Under the pieces are notes generated by a model, which saw nothing but the letters and a program-made list of their open reading frames with translations, did not search any database and was not told where the DNA came from. The translations under genes were made by a program, and so were the position numbers. Source: Lachnospiraceae bacterium (lineage in GTDB: Bacteria; Bacillota; Clostridia; Lachnospirales; Lachnospiraceae). From it: a stretch of 64,000 bases of DNA. The stretch is from positions 72,131 to 136,130 of the forward strand of contig JAFVXW010000074.1 in NCBI GenBank assembly GCA_017500935.1, read 5' to 3'. This document shows, piece after piece, positions 48,680 to 58,593 of this stretch (positions are counted from its first letter, which is position 1; each line of letters starts with the position of its first letter).

Positions 48680-49587
48680 TGGAGAAAAACATGAGTGTAC
48701 GCGGAACAGTTTTTGATATTGCCAGAGCTTCTTTGCATGACGGGAAAGGCATCCGGACAGTAGTTTATTTAAAAGGCTGTCCTCTCAGATGCAGATGGTG
48801 CCATAATCCGGAAGGAATCGCCTTTTTGCCGCAGCTTTTGTTTGCGCAGAATCTGTGTATCGGATGCGGTCAGTGTCAGAAGATATGTCCGGAACATCAT
48901 ACGAAAGACGGATACGTAGAAAAAGGATGCACTGCCTGCGGTAACTGTGCAGAGTTTTGTCCCAATGAAGCATTGACGATATGTGGAAAAGAAGTATCTG
49001 CAGAGGAAATTTTGCAGGAAATCTTAAAAGACAGACATTATTTTGAACAGTCCGGCGGCGGAGTTACCTTTTCCGGCGGTGAATGCTTTATGCAGCCCGC
49101 ATTTTTAAAAGAGCTTGCCCGGTTATGCCGTCAGAACGGTATCCACACAACGGCGGAAAGTTCCCTGTATTTTGATCCGGAATATCTTTCTATTGCATAC
49201 GAAGGCATGGATGCCATGTTTGCGGACTTAAAGATCATGGATGCAGCGGTTCACAGAGAATATACCGGCGTTGACAATGCCCGTATTCTTGAAAATATAC
49301 GGCTTTTGTCAGAAAACCATAAGGATGTGACCATCAGAATCCCGATGATTCCGGGAGTGAGTGATACCGATGAGAATCTGACAGCATCGGCAGCTTTCAT
49401 TAACAGCTGCGGTGATGGGATCAAAGCAGTCGAACTTTTAAAATACAACAATCTGGCCGCCAACAAATATGCACTGATGCGAAAAAGTGAAGCACCCTTT
49501 ATCGCTGAACCGCAGAGCGATTCTTTTATGGAAGAAAAGCGGAAACTGATGCGCAGTCTGTTAAAAGAGTCAGTTGCGGTACTGTAA
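48679..49587 (+). CDS. Glycyl-radical enzyme activase (radical SAM with ferredoxin insert)
   Basis: HDGKGIRT..KGCPLRCRWCHNPE, GGGVTFSGGE. Confidence 0.92.
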   Translation: MEKNMSVRGTVFDIARASLHDGKGIRTVVYLKGCPLRCRWCHNPEGIAFLPQLLFAQNLCIGCGQCQKICPEHHTKDGYVEKGCTACGNCAEFCPNEALTICGKEVSAEEILQEILKDRHYFEQSGGGVTFSGGECFMQPAFLKELARLCRQNGIHTTAESSLYFDPEYLSIAYEGMDAMFADLKIMDAAVHREYTGVDNARILENIRLLSENHKDVTIRIPMIPGVSDTDENLTASAAFINSCGDGIKAVELLKYNNLAANKYALMRKSEAPFIAEPQSDSFMEEKRKLMRSLLKESVAVL

Positions 49588-49768
49588 ATGACAGTCGGAC
49601 AAGGGGAATAGAGAGCAATTTCATATTTTGCACAAAAAATCCGCAGTTTGGGGAGAAGTCCTTGCAGACTGCGGATTCTTTATGTTATAGTCTAATGGTT
49701 TATGCGTTGAAATAAGTTGGACTGCATTTTTTAAGAACGAAAATGCAGCAAGGGAGAAAAAGAAAAGA

Positions 49769-51616
49769 ATGGAAGAAAAATTGGTTTCACAGGTTGAAAC
49801 AGAAAATGAAGAAGTATCTTATTATGCCAATTATGAAGAGGAAATGCTTCATGAAGGAGATGAAGCACTTCGTTATGAAAATACGGATATTGATTTCAGA
49901 ATCCTGCGTGCAATTCAGGAGATGGGATTTGAAAAAATGACTCCTATTCAGGAGCAGGCAATTCCCGTTCTTCTGGAAGGAAAGGATGTGATCGGTCAGG
50001 CACAGACCGGAACCGGAAAGACCGCGGCGTTGGGTATTCCCATGCTGCAGCGAATCAATGAGGTGGACCGTTCTTTGCAGGGCATTATTTTGTGCCCTAC
50101 CAGAGAACTGGCTATGCAGGCAGCAGACGAAATGCGCAAATTTGCAAAGTATCTGCACGGCATCCGGATTCTGCCTGTATACGGCGGTCAGGATATCGGC
50201 AGACAGATCAAAGCATTAAAGGGCGGGGTACAGATCATTGTCGGTACGCCCGGACGTGTGATGGATCATCTGCGCAGACATACCTTAAAGCCTGACAATC
50301 TGCGGATGGTGGTATTGGATGAAGCGGATGAGATGCTCAACATGGGCTTCCGTGAAGATATGGAAGCAATCCTTGGGCAGATTCCCTGCGAACATCAGAC
50401 TGCGCTGTTTTCTGCGACCATGCCCCAGCCGATTTTACAGATCACAAAGCAGTTCCAGAAGGAAGATGCCGTGTTTGTAAAGGTTACCCAGCAGGAACTG
50501 ACTGTGGATAAGATCAAGCAGTATCTGTATTTTGTAAGAAGAACCGATAAGGAAGCGGCAGCTGCGCGTCTGATCCATTATTATGATCTGAAAAGAGCAC
50601 TGATTTTCTGCAACACCAAAAGTATGGTGGATGAACTGGCAGAAAATTTAAAAAACAGAGGTATCAGCGCCGAAGGACTGCACGGTGATCTGAGTCAGGC
50701 ACAGCGCGATACCGTTATGAACCGTTTCAGAAGCGGCAATCTGCAGATTCTGATCGCGACCGATGTGGCGGCACGCGGTATTGACGTAAGCGACGTAGAC
50801 GGTGTTATCAACTACGATGTGCCTCAGGATATTGAATATTATGTGCATCGTATCGGCAGAACCGGAAGAGCCGGAAAGGAAGGTATGTCCTTTACGCTGG
50901 CATCCATCCGTGAGCTGCACAAGATTCAGGAAATTGAACGCATCTGCAAGACAAAACTGGAAGAACAGCGTATGCCCGACGGCAGTGCGGTTCGTCTGCA
51001 TAAGGAACAGGCTGTGCTGGATGAAGTGCGCCAGATGATGGAAAGTACCAATCTGCAGACCGCCATCGAAGCAGTAGAACGATTTGAAACAGAAACCGGC
51101 ATTCATCCTCTGGAACTGGCAGCAGCACTTTTGCGCACCAAAGTCAGCGGAGAAGAGGAGGAAGTGATCGAAGAATGCAGACCTCCTCACAGACGCAGAC
51201 AGGAAAGAACTGCGCAGGGCAGAAACGGCCGCAATGATCGTTCTGATGATGGAAGAGACAGAAATGGCAGAAACGACAGACGTGGTGACAGACGATTTGG
51301 ACGATTTGGACGAAACGAGGATCGCAATGACCGCCGTGAAGACCGCCGCAGCAGACGTTATGATCAGGATGACAGAAATGACCGCAGCAGACGTTATGAC
51401 CGCGATGACAGAAACGATCGCAGCAGACGCAATGACCGCGATGACAGAAACGACCGCGGCAGACGTAATGACCGTGACGACAGAAGAAATCAGCGCAAGG
51501 AAGCAAGGGCAGAGCGCAGAAACGATTCCGCAAAGCCCCGTGATCTTCGTCTTGACGGCAGTGAAAAGGGCGGACGTTTTGGCCGCAAAAACCGTAAAAA
51601 TACAGAAGAAGCATAA
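49769..51616 (+). CDS. DEAD-box RNA helicase (CshA/DeaD-like)
   Basis: AQTGTGKT, PTRELA, DEAD, SAT, HRIGRTGRAG; R/D-rich tail. Confidence 0.93.
   Translation: MEEKLVSQVETENEEVSYYANYEEEMLHEGDEALRYENTDIDFRILRAIQEMGFEKMTPIQEQAIPVLLEGKDVIGQAQTGTGKTAALGIPMLQRINEVDRSLQGIILCPTRELAMQAADEMRKFAKYLHGIRILPVYGGQDIGRQIKALKGGVQIIVGTPGRVMDHLRRHTLKPDNLRMVVLDEADEMLNMGFREDMEAILGQIPCEHQTALFSATMPQPILQITKQFQKEDAVFVKVTQQELTVDKIKQYLYFVRRTDKEAAAARLIHYYDLKRALIFCNTKSMVDELAENLKNRGISAEGLHGDLSQAQRDTVMNRFRSGNLQILIATDVAARGIDVSDVDGVINYDVPQDIEYYVHRIGRTGRAGKEGMSFTLASIRELHKIQEIERICKTKLEEQRMPDGSAVRLHKEQAVLDEVRQMMESTNLQTAIEAVERFETETGIHPLELAAALLRTKVSGEEEEVIEECRPPHRRRQERTAQGRNGRNDRSDDGRDRNGRNDRRGDRRFGRFGRNEDRNDRREDRRSRRYDQDDRNDRSRRYDRDDRNDRSRRNDRDDRNDRGRRNDRDDRRNQRKEARAERRNDSAKPRDLRLDGSEKGGRFGRKNRKNTEEA
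51347..51490 (+). repeat. Four in-frame 36-bp tandem repeats (RSRRYDRDDRND-like)
   Basis: Units start at 51347, 51383, 51419, 51455. Confidence 0.8.
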
Positions 51617-51679
51617 ACAGATTTATGATATAATCAAAGCAGAAACGATGTAAAAGCAGCGCAGAACGGAGGATTTTTC

Positions 51680-52192
51680 ATGAACACGATAGAAACGATC
51701 AAAAGCCGGCGCAGTATCCGCAAGTACAAAAGTGATATACCTGTGGCAGATGAACATATTTATCAAATGCTGGAAGCGGCAATGATGGCGCCCAGCGCCT
51801 GCAATTCCCGCCCGTGGGAGTTTGTTGTGGTAAAAGACAAAGAGGTTCTTGCAAAGATTATGAAAGCAGTTCCTTTTGCGTCCATGTTAAAGACAGCTCC
51901 GATGGCAATAGTTGTGTGCGGTATGCCTGAGGTTTCAAGAAAAGCATGCAGAAGGATCGAATTCTGGCAGCAGGACTGCGGTGCGGCCGTACAGAATCTT
52001 TTGCTTTGTGCAAAGGAACTGGGATATGGCACCTGCTGGTGCGGAACTTACCCGATTCCGGGCTGTGCAGAAAAGATGCAGGCGATTTTAGGAGTTGACA
52101 GTATTCCGATGGCTACTGTTGCAGTGGGTGTTGCGGATGAAGAGCCCGCTGCAAGAGGATTTTATGAAGAAACGAAGGTAAAGTTTCTTTGA
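51680..52192 (+). CDS. Nitroreductase-family protein
   Basis: RRSIRKY, APSACNSRPWEF, LGYGTCW. Confidence 0.9.
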   Translation: MNTIETIKSRRSIRKYKSDIPVADEHIYQMLEAAMMAPSACNSRPWEFVVVKDKEVLAKIMKAVPFASMLKTAPMAIVVCGMPEVSRKACRRIEFWQQDCGAAVQNLLLCAKELGYGTCWCGTYPIPGCAEKMQAILGVDSIPMATVAVGVADEEPAARGFYEETKVKFL

Positions 52193-52226
52193 ACCTAAAA
52201 TGCATTAAAAAGAAATGAAGCTAACA

Positions 52227-52292
52227 AAAATCCCGATACAAACATCTCAAAGGGAGCATATTACCATGAGGTGTTTGATATCGGGATTTTTT
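52227..52292. terminator. Bidirectional terminator
   Basis: aaaatcccgatacaaacatctca..tgaggtgtttgatatcgggatttt between convergent genes. Confidence 0.75.
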
Positions 52293-52294
52293 TA

Positions 52295-53617
52295 CTATTT
52301 TACCAGTTTTTTCATAAAAGCAATACCGGTCAGATCTGCAAGAAGCCAGCCGATGGGAATGGCGGCCCAGATGGCAGTCGTACCAAGAAGCGGGATGGGA
52401 GAGAGTGCGTATGCCAAAAGTACCCGTGTTCCCAGAGAAATGACAGTAAGAACAATGGACATTTCCGGGCGGCCAAGTCCGCGGTAATAGGCATATAATA
52501 AAAACAGGATGCCGATCAGGCAGTAAAAGCTGCCTTCGATGCGCAGATATTGGACACCGATGGAGATGATTCCGGTATTTTCTGGTGCGACAAAAAAGCT
52601 CATCAACCGGGGAGCCATGACAAAGATAATGGCAGAAACCGACAGGCAGAATGCCATGGAGATCAGGAAGGCATTCCGGGTACCCTGACGGATGCGGTCC
52701 TTTTTGCCGGCACCGTTATTTTGAGACAGAAACGTGGAAAAAGCATTCCCGAATTCCTGGGCGGGCATATAGGCAAAGGCATCGATTTTGACAGCGGCAG
52801 CAAAGGTCGCCATAATAGAAGTGCCAAAACTGTTGACCAGTCCCTGGATCATAAGAATTCCGAAATTCATCACAGACTGCTGAATACAGGTGGCGATGGA
52901 AAAACGGATGATCTGTACAAAATATGTATGACCGGGCAGACGGCAGCGCAGGGCATGCCGGATCAGAGGTTCTTTTTTGACTGTATAGATAAACAGTGCG
53001 GTTCCTGCAAAAATCTGCGAGGCAACAGTTGCCCAGGCAGCTCCAGCTACTCCCAGATCAAAAAGGAGCACAAAAACAAGGTCAAGAACGATGTTTAGGG
53101 CAGAGGAAATTCCAAGAAAGATAAGCGGAGTCAGGGAATTTCCGAAGGCGCGCAGCAAAAAGGCAAAATAATTATATAGAAACACAAAAATCAGACCGCA
53201 GGCAATGATGCGGACATAATCGCCCATCAGTGCGGTCAGTGACGCAGGAACCTGCAGAAGCTGCAAAATCCGGTCCAGTCCGGTTACAAGAAATACATTG
53301 ATCAAAACAGTAAGAAGCGCAATGAACCAGAATGAAGCGCTGATGGATTTTTCAAGGCTGTCTGCTTCTTTTTTGCCTACATAATAGGCAACAACCGTTC
53401 CGCTTCCCATACACAATCCGATAAAGATTGAGGTCAGGAAGGTGAAAAGTGTATAAGTGGAGCCGACAGCTGCCAGAGCCTGGCTTCCTAAAAAACGGCC
53501 GACGATCAGGGTGTCGGCGATATTATATAATTGCTGCAGGAGATTACCCAGAATCATCGGTCCCGCAAACAGCAGCATTGTCCGGGAGACCTTTCCGGTG
53601 GTGAGGTCTTTTTTCAT
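52295..53617 (-). CDS. MATE-family efflux transporter
   Basis: GNLLQQLYNIADT.IVG, G+S.TPL, NIVLD, GVAGAAWAT. Confidence 0.92.
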   Translation of the reverse strand: MKKDLTTGKVSRTMLLFAGPMILGNLLQQLYNIADTLIVGRFLGSQALAAVGSTYTLFTFLTSIFIGLCMGSGTVVAYYVGKKEADSLEKSISASFWFIALLTVLINVFLVTGLDRILQLLQVPASLTALMGDYVRIIACGLIFVFLYNYFAFLLRAFGNSLTPLIFLGISSALNIVLDLVFVLLFDLGVAGAAWATVASQIFAGTALFIYTVKKEPLIRHALRCRLPGHTYFVQIIRFSIATCIQQSVMNFGILMIQGLVNSFGTSIMATFAAAVKIDAFAYMPAQEFGNAFSTFLSQNNGAGKKDRIRQGTRNAFLISMAFCLSVSAIIFVMAPRLMSFFVAPENTGIISIGVQYLRIEGSFYCLIGILFLLYAYYRGLGRPEMSIVLTVISLGTRVLLAYALSPIPLLGTTAIWAAIPIGWLLADLTGIAFMKKLVK

Positions 53618-53740
53618 GGGCACATTATAGAACTTTTTGGGATTTGATTCAAGTGTGTTGTGTTGACGGCAGATTATATGTTAAACTTAAATCGCATGAA
53701 TCAGTTTTTGGATGAAAAAAGATATGTTTATGGAGGAATT

Positions 53741-54337
53741 ATGAAAAAAAGAAATAGGAAATATGTGATGACTCTGTTTTTAACCGCTGCGCTTTTATTG
53801 GGCGGCTGTCAGAGCGCTGCAGCAGATAAAAAGCAGGAAGAAGCAGCGGCGGCGCAGGAGACAAATGAAGTCAAAGTGGAAACCAGACAGACGCAGTTCG
53901 GCGAATTTGTGACCACAACCATAGACGGAACAGAGGTGACGCAGGATATTTTTGCGGATGCCAAACTTACCATGGTCAATATCTGGGCTACCTACTGCAG
54001 CCCCTGTATTTCAGAAATGCCCCATCTGCAGGAGATTTCGGAAGAATATGCGGAAAAAGGCGTTGCGATCGTAGGGATTATCAGTGATGCTTATGAAGCA
54101 AAAGATGAAAATGCGGTGGAAGTGATCGAGCTGACCGGTGTGCGTTATCCCCAGCTGATTCATTCAGAGGCTTTGTATGATAATTTCCTGCATCTGGTGC
54201 AGGCGGTTCCCACAACGGTATTTGTGGACGAAAACGGTTATCGTGTTGGCGATGTGATCATGGGCGCAAAAGATAAGGATGCCTGGATTGCAGAAATTGA
54301 GACCCGTCTGGAGGCATTGACAGATGATCAGGAATAA
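53741..54337 (+). CDS. TlpA-like thioredoxin lipoprotein
   Basis: Lipobox LGGC; NIWATYCSPC; AVPTT. Confidence 0.85.
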   Translation: MKKRNRKYVMTLFLTAALLLGGCQSAAADKKQEEAAAAQETNEVKVETRQTQFGEFVTTTIDGTEVTQDIFADAKLTMVNIWATYCSPCISEMPHLQEISEEYAEKGVAIVGIISDAYEAKDENAVEVIELTGVRYPQLIHSEALYDNFLHLVQAVPTTVFVDENGYRVGDVIMGAKDKDAWIAEIETRLEALTDDQE

Positions 54338-54464
54338 TAAAGCCGCATTTTTTCTGATACTGCTTGCTGTTGTATTTATTGCCGTCGGTGTTGTGCGCGG
54401 TGAGATGGCGGACGTATTTTTAAAATCAACCAACATTTGTCTGGAGTGTATTGGAATTGGATAA
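54324..54464 (+). CDS. CD1871A-family small CxxC membrane protein (not in ORF track)
   Basis: MIRNNKAAFFLILLAVVFIAVGVVRGEMADVFLKSTNICLECIGIG*. Confidence 0.8.
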   Translation: MIRNNKAAFFLILLAVVFIAVGVVRGEMADVFLKSTNICLECIGIG

Positions 54465-55326
54465 CAATAAGAAAAAAGGATTCGCCCGGTTTTTTCAAAA
54501 TCTGCGTTTTTGGGTGCAGATTGCATTTACAGCCCTGACAAACGGTTATGTAAAAGGTTTTGTTATCGGACGCATCTACACGGGAAAACTAAAAAATTTA
54601 TGCCTGCCGGGACTGAACTGTTATTCCTGTCCGGGCGCGCTGGGCGCATGTCCCATCGGTTCGCTGCAGGCTATGCTTGGAAGCAGAAATTACCGCTTTT
54701 CCTTTTATGTCATCGGTTTTTTGATGCTGACAGGCTCCGTGATCGGCAGAGTTGTATGCGGATGGCTGTGTCCCTTTGGATTATTGCAGGATTTACTATA
54801 TAAAATCCCTTTTTTCAGAAAATGGAAAAATCTGCCGGGGCATAAATTCCTTGTATGGGCAAAATATGTGATTCTTGCGGTATTTGTCATTTTGCTGCCG
54901 CTGTTTGCGTTGGATATTGTGGGACAGGGTTCTCCCTGGTTTTGCAAATGGATCTGTCCTTCCGGCACGCTGACCGGCAATTTCCTGATCGCAGCCAACG
55001 AACCGCTTCGGTCTGCACTCGGATTTTTATATCAATGGAAAATGGTGATATTGATCATTATTTTGCTTTTGTCTGTGCTCATTTACAGACCGTTCTGCAA
55101 ATATCTGTGTCCTTTAGGTGCCATTTACAGCCTGTTTGCACCGATTTCACTGGTTCGCCTGCGTGTGGATCGGGAAAAATGCGTGGAATGCGGCAGATGT
55201 CAGACTGCCTGTAACATGGATATCCGTGTCTGGAAAGCACCCAATCACAGGGAATGCATCCGCTGCGGGGACTGTGTGAAAAGCTGTCCCTTTGGGGCGA
55301 TTGAGTGGAGTATGGGAAAGAAATGA
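54451..55326 (+). CDS. Membrane 4Fe-4S binding protein (NapH/MauN-like)
   Basis: NCYSCP, CGWLCPFG, CKYLCPLG, two C-terminal CxxCxxC clusters. Confidence 0.85.
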   Translation: MELDNNKKKGFARFFQNLRFWVQIAFTALTNGYVKGFVIGRIYTGKLKNLCLPGLNCYSCPGALGACPIGSLQAMLGSRNYRFSFYVIGFLMLTGSVIGRVVCGWLCPFGLLQDLLYKIPFFRKWKNLPGHKFLVWAKYVILAVFVILLPLFALDIVGQGSPWFCKWICPSGTLTGNFLIAANEPLRSALGFLYQWKMVILIIILLLSVLIYRPFCKYLCPLGAIYSLFAPISLVRLRVDREKCVECGRCQTACNMDIRVWKAPNHRECIRCGDCVKSCPFGAIEWSMGKK

Positions 55327-55381
55327 ATTGACATAATATAAAGGGAAAAGATAAAATAGTATTAGGCAGGAGGTGTTTTTT

Positions 55382-55561
55382 ATGTGTGATGTTAAAAAAT
55401 ATTCCAGAATGTTTCAAGATATTAAGCAGTTGCAGCCGGAGGATACTTTACAGCTGGTAATGGAAGCAGAGAATAAAGAAGAACGTGAATTTTTTGAAAT
55501 GCTTGGTAATTTTTTGATTCAGAAAAGACAGAAGCAGGTTATTGAAAGGAATCTGTTTTAA
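55382..55561 (+). CDS. Small protein, possible antitoxin
   Basis: aggagg RBS; TAATG coupling to zeta-like gene. Confidence 0.55.
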   Translation: MCDVKKYSRMFQDIKQLQPEDTLQLVMEAENKEEREFFEMLGNFLIQKRQKQVIERNLF

Positions 55562-56112
55562 TGAAAAGGTATATATTGATTGCCGGCGTTAATGGCGCCG
55601 GCAAATCTACTTTGTATCAGATATTAGACTCTTTAAAAGATATGCCCAGAATCAATACGGATGAAATTGTGAAAAGTTTTGGCGATTGGCGAAATATGTC
55701 AGATGTCATTGCCGCGGGAAAGATAGCTGTCAGAAAAATTAGAGAATATTTTGAACAGGGAATATCTTTTAACCAGGAAACAACATTATGTGGTGCGAGT
55801 ATCATTCGAAATATTAAAACAGCCCAGTCTTTGGGATATACGATAGAGCTTCACTATGTGGGGGTTGCATCTGCAGATATTGCGAAGGAACGTATCGCAT
55901 ATAGAGTTTCTAAAGGCGGTCATGGTATTCCGGATGCAGATGTTGAACGAAGATATACGGAAAGTTTTGCCAGACTGAAGGAAGTGATTAATATTTGTGA
56001 TATGGTTGTTTTGTATGACAACACTGAGAAGTTTAATCGTTTTGCAATATATCAGAAAGGAAAAATTTGTAACTTGACGGATAACAGACCGGAATGGTAT
56101 GAGAATATATAA
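55561..56112 (+). CDS. Zeta-toxin-like P-loop ATPase
   Basis: AGVNGAGKST, ETTL, RVSKGGHGIP, YDN. Confidence 0.78.
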   Translation: MKRYILIAGVNGAGKSTLYQILDSLKDMPRINTDEIVKSFGDWRNMSDVIAAGKIAVRKIREYFEQGISFNQETTLCGASIIRNIKTAQSLGYTIELHYVGVASADIAKERIAYRVSKGGHGIPDADVERRYTESFARLKEVINICDMVVLYDNTEKFNRFAIYQKGKICNLTDNRPEWYENI

Positions 56113-56413
56113 CGAATGTTTTTATGAAATGCGAAAAGCACTTGATATTCAACCGTATAATTTCCTGAATGAATATAAACAAATTATTGAAAAAGTTAAG
56201 GATATTTATTTATTGATACACCAAGGAGAAATCATCGGTTTGATTGCATGTTATGGTAATGAGATAGATGATTTGATCGTGAATAAGAAATTTCAGCATA
56301 AAGGATATGGTAAACAGATTTTATTATGGGGAATGCTGCAAAGTATTGATGATCCTGCTTATATTAAATTGGGGGAAACAGAACTTTATTATTGCATTTG
56401 TTGCCAATATTGA
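56099..56413 (+). pseudogene. GNAT acetyltransferase fragment
   Basis: IDDLIVNKKFQHKGYGKQIL present; normal start and C-terminal N..A..LY..GF motif missing. Confidence 0.55.
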
Positions 56414-56432
56414 AAAAATGCATATAATATAA

Positions 56433-56557
56433 GTGAGGACAGAAGAGTTCTCCTTCATCAAAGATGAGTCCTGTGACGGTTCTGACAGGACGGTAAAATA
56501 AAAATTGACCGAATGATGAAGACTAGGGCGGAAGGCGTTACAGCCTTCCGTTTTTTT
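56433..56557 (+). ncRNA. Candidate structured small RNA or leader with own promoter and terminator
   Basis: TTGCCA-N16-TATAAT; stems cttcatca/tgatgaag and gtcctgt/acaggac; terminator cggaaggc/gccttccg-T7. Confidence 0.5.
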
Positions 56558-56692
56558 ACTAAAGGAGCTTCGATGTAAAATATCGGGGCTTGTTTATTGG
56601 TGGTGATTACCGTAAAGATACTACAAGTTGATAGACAGGCGAGTGGGAACTTGGTATAAATAATATAGAATGTATTGTCAGGAGATTCTTTT

Positions 56693-57019
56693 ATGGATAA
56701 TTTCAGCTTTCAGGAAATGCAGGCAATTCAAAAGCAACTGCAGGAAAAATATAAAGACAAATGGAGACCGCTGTCACCGGAAATCGGAAAGGATCAGCTG
56801 CTGTATCTGTTGATTGAACTGGGCGAAGTGGCAGATGTTATGAAAAAGAGCGGTAATCAAAAAATTATGGAGGATACAGAAGTCAGAAAACATTTTATTG
56901 AAGAAATGTGCGATGTACTGTTGTATTTTAATGATGTTATGCTTTGTTATGATATTTCCATAGAAGAATTGAAAACGGTATATTTGCAGAAGCATAAGCG
57001 GAATATGGAACGATGGTAA
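56693..57019 (+). CDS. MazG-like nucleotide pyrophosphohydrolase
   Basis: ELGEVAD..EEMCDVLLY. Confidence 0.8.
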   Translation: MDNFSFQEMQAIQKQLQEKYKDKWRPLSPEIGKDQLLYLLIELGEVADVMKKSGNQKIMEDTEVRKHFIEEMCDVLLYFNDVMLCYDISIEELKTVYLQKHKRNMERW

Positions 57020-57039
57020 ATCTTATAAAGGGGTAACTT

Positions 57040-57471
57040 ATGGAACACGTTCGTTTAATATACTTCCCTGCTTGTCGAATGGTAACTTCCGGTACAGGAT
57101 TTTTCGGAGATAAAAACTTTACAAAATTTGAGAAAATGCTTGCCGCAGAAAAGAATGTTTCTCCTTATCCGATGGATTTTCTTACAGGAAACGAGAATGG
57201 CATGGAGTGGCTGTATTTGTACAGGGAGGGAATGGATACCCTTGGCATGGAAGTAATTGCGTTTCCGGCTGGTTTGTATGCTGTGATCTGTGGGATTGAT
57301 GCGCAATCCAATAAGGCTGAGATGGAAGCAGTGGCAGAATTCATGGAAAAGAATGGTTTAGTTCGTGATGAAAGCAGACCGGATATGGGGCATATTATCG
57401 GGAACGAAGAAACTCTGGCAGTGCTTGGATATGAACAGATGGATTACTGGACACCGGTAAAAAAAGGATAA
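57040..57471 (+). CDS. Hypothetical protein, GyrI-like suspected
   Basis: FPAGLYAV, QMDYWTPVK. Confidence 0.55.
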   Translation: MEHVRLIYFPACRMVTSGTGFFGDKNFTKFEKMLAAEKNVSPYPMDFLTGNENGMEWLYLYREGMDTLGMEVIAFPAGLYAVICGIDAQSNKAEMEAVAEFMEKNGLVRDESRPDMGHIIGNEETLAVLGYEQMDYWTPVKKG

Positions 57472-57474
57472 TAA

Positions 57475-57921
57475 ATGGAAAGATCACAAAAATCAATTCT
57501 GACATGCATGTGTCAAATTACAAAAGGGGATGAAATACTGGTACTGGACAAGATAAGCTGTGACTACAACGGTGTAACCTTTCCGGGCGGTCATATTGAA
57601 AAAGACGAGATCATCACCGATGCGGTTGTGCGGGAAGTTTTTGAAGAAACCGGCTTACATATCAAAAATCCGGTTTTATGCGGCATATATGACTGGCTTC
57701 TGGAGGATGGCGCAAGATATTTTGTCTTTTTGTATCGTGCGGACAAGTTTGAAGGAAAACTGCAGTCATCTGCAGAAGGTACAGTAAGATGGATCAAGAA
57801 AGATCATTTTATGCAGGAAGAACTGGCAGAGGGCATGGAAACAGTTTTTAGAATCACAAACAGTGAAAATCTTTCTGAATGTTTTTGGATCAGATCAACT
57901 AAAGAAGAGATTTTAAAATAA
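57475..57921 (+). CDS. NUDIX hydrolase (MutT/MutX-like)
   Basis: PGGHIE..REVFEETGL. Confidence 0.9.
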   Translation: MERSQKSILTCMCQITKGDEILVLDKISCDYNGVTFPGGHIEKDEIITDAVVREVFEETGLHIKNPVLCGIYDWLLEDGARYFVFLYRADKFEGKLQSSAEGTVRWIKKDHFMQEELAEGMETVFRITNSENLSECFWIRSTKEEILK

Positions 57922-58001
57922 AACTTTTTTTAGAATAGGTGTTTTGGGCAGGGAAAAAGATACTGTTTAGGAATACTTGAATTGACCGGAGGTTTAGAAA
58001 T

Positions 58002-58337
58002 ATGGCAGAATATATCATATCATTAGTTATTTTTTCGTTAGTTACGATAGTTATGATTATTATTGGAATATCACAAATGAGGAGTAAAAAGCCTGTTGGA
58101 TTTTATTCAGGTGAAAAACCACCAAGAGAAGAGGAATTATCTGATGTAGTTGCTTGGAACAAAAAACATGGATATATGTGGGTTGCTTATGGACTTATAA
58201 TCATAGGTTTCTTTGTGATGACTTCATTTATAAAATCGGAAACTATTGCAATGGTGCTGCTTTTGAGTGGGATTATTGGCTCAGTGCCGATTATGATGTT
58301 GTATCATAGCTATTTAAAGAAAAAGTATTATAAATAG
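58002..58337 (+). CDS. Hypothetical membrane protein
   Basis: 3 TM helices; ggagg RBS. Confidence 0.7.
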   Translation: MAEYIISLVIFSLVTIVMIIIGISQMRSKKPVGFYSGEKPPREEELSDVVAWNKKHGYMWVAYGLIIIGFFVMTSFIKSETIAMVLLLSGIIGSVPIMMLYHSYLKKKYYK

Positions 58338-58593
58338 TGTAGTAGTTAAAATATACTTTCAGTTTGGCAAGTTCCAATTTATTTAATTGACATTGTGATA
58401 CAAAAAAAGAAACCTGTCCATTTTTTCTTATGTGGGAAGGTTTCTTTTTCTGTTCCTTTAACTTAGTGACATTGAATAAATTAGACATCTTTTTTTGTGA
58501 AAAAAACTATTGAAATTAATTTTTAATTCGCCTAGGCTTATTACAGGACGTCCAAATAATATGTTTTTTACCGCTTTACAGGAGGAAGTTTTA

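Noticed and set aside
51144-51653. Repetitive alternative-frame ORFs (Cys/His-rich and Met/Thr-rich)
   Set aside because: By-products of the 36-bp repeats in the helicase tail
56461-56497. Hammerhead ribozyme (GATGAGTCC..GGAC)
   Set aside because: Core needs CUGANGA and GAAA; the sequence has AAGATGA and GGTAA
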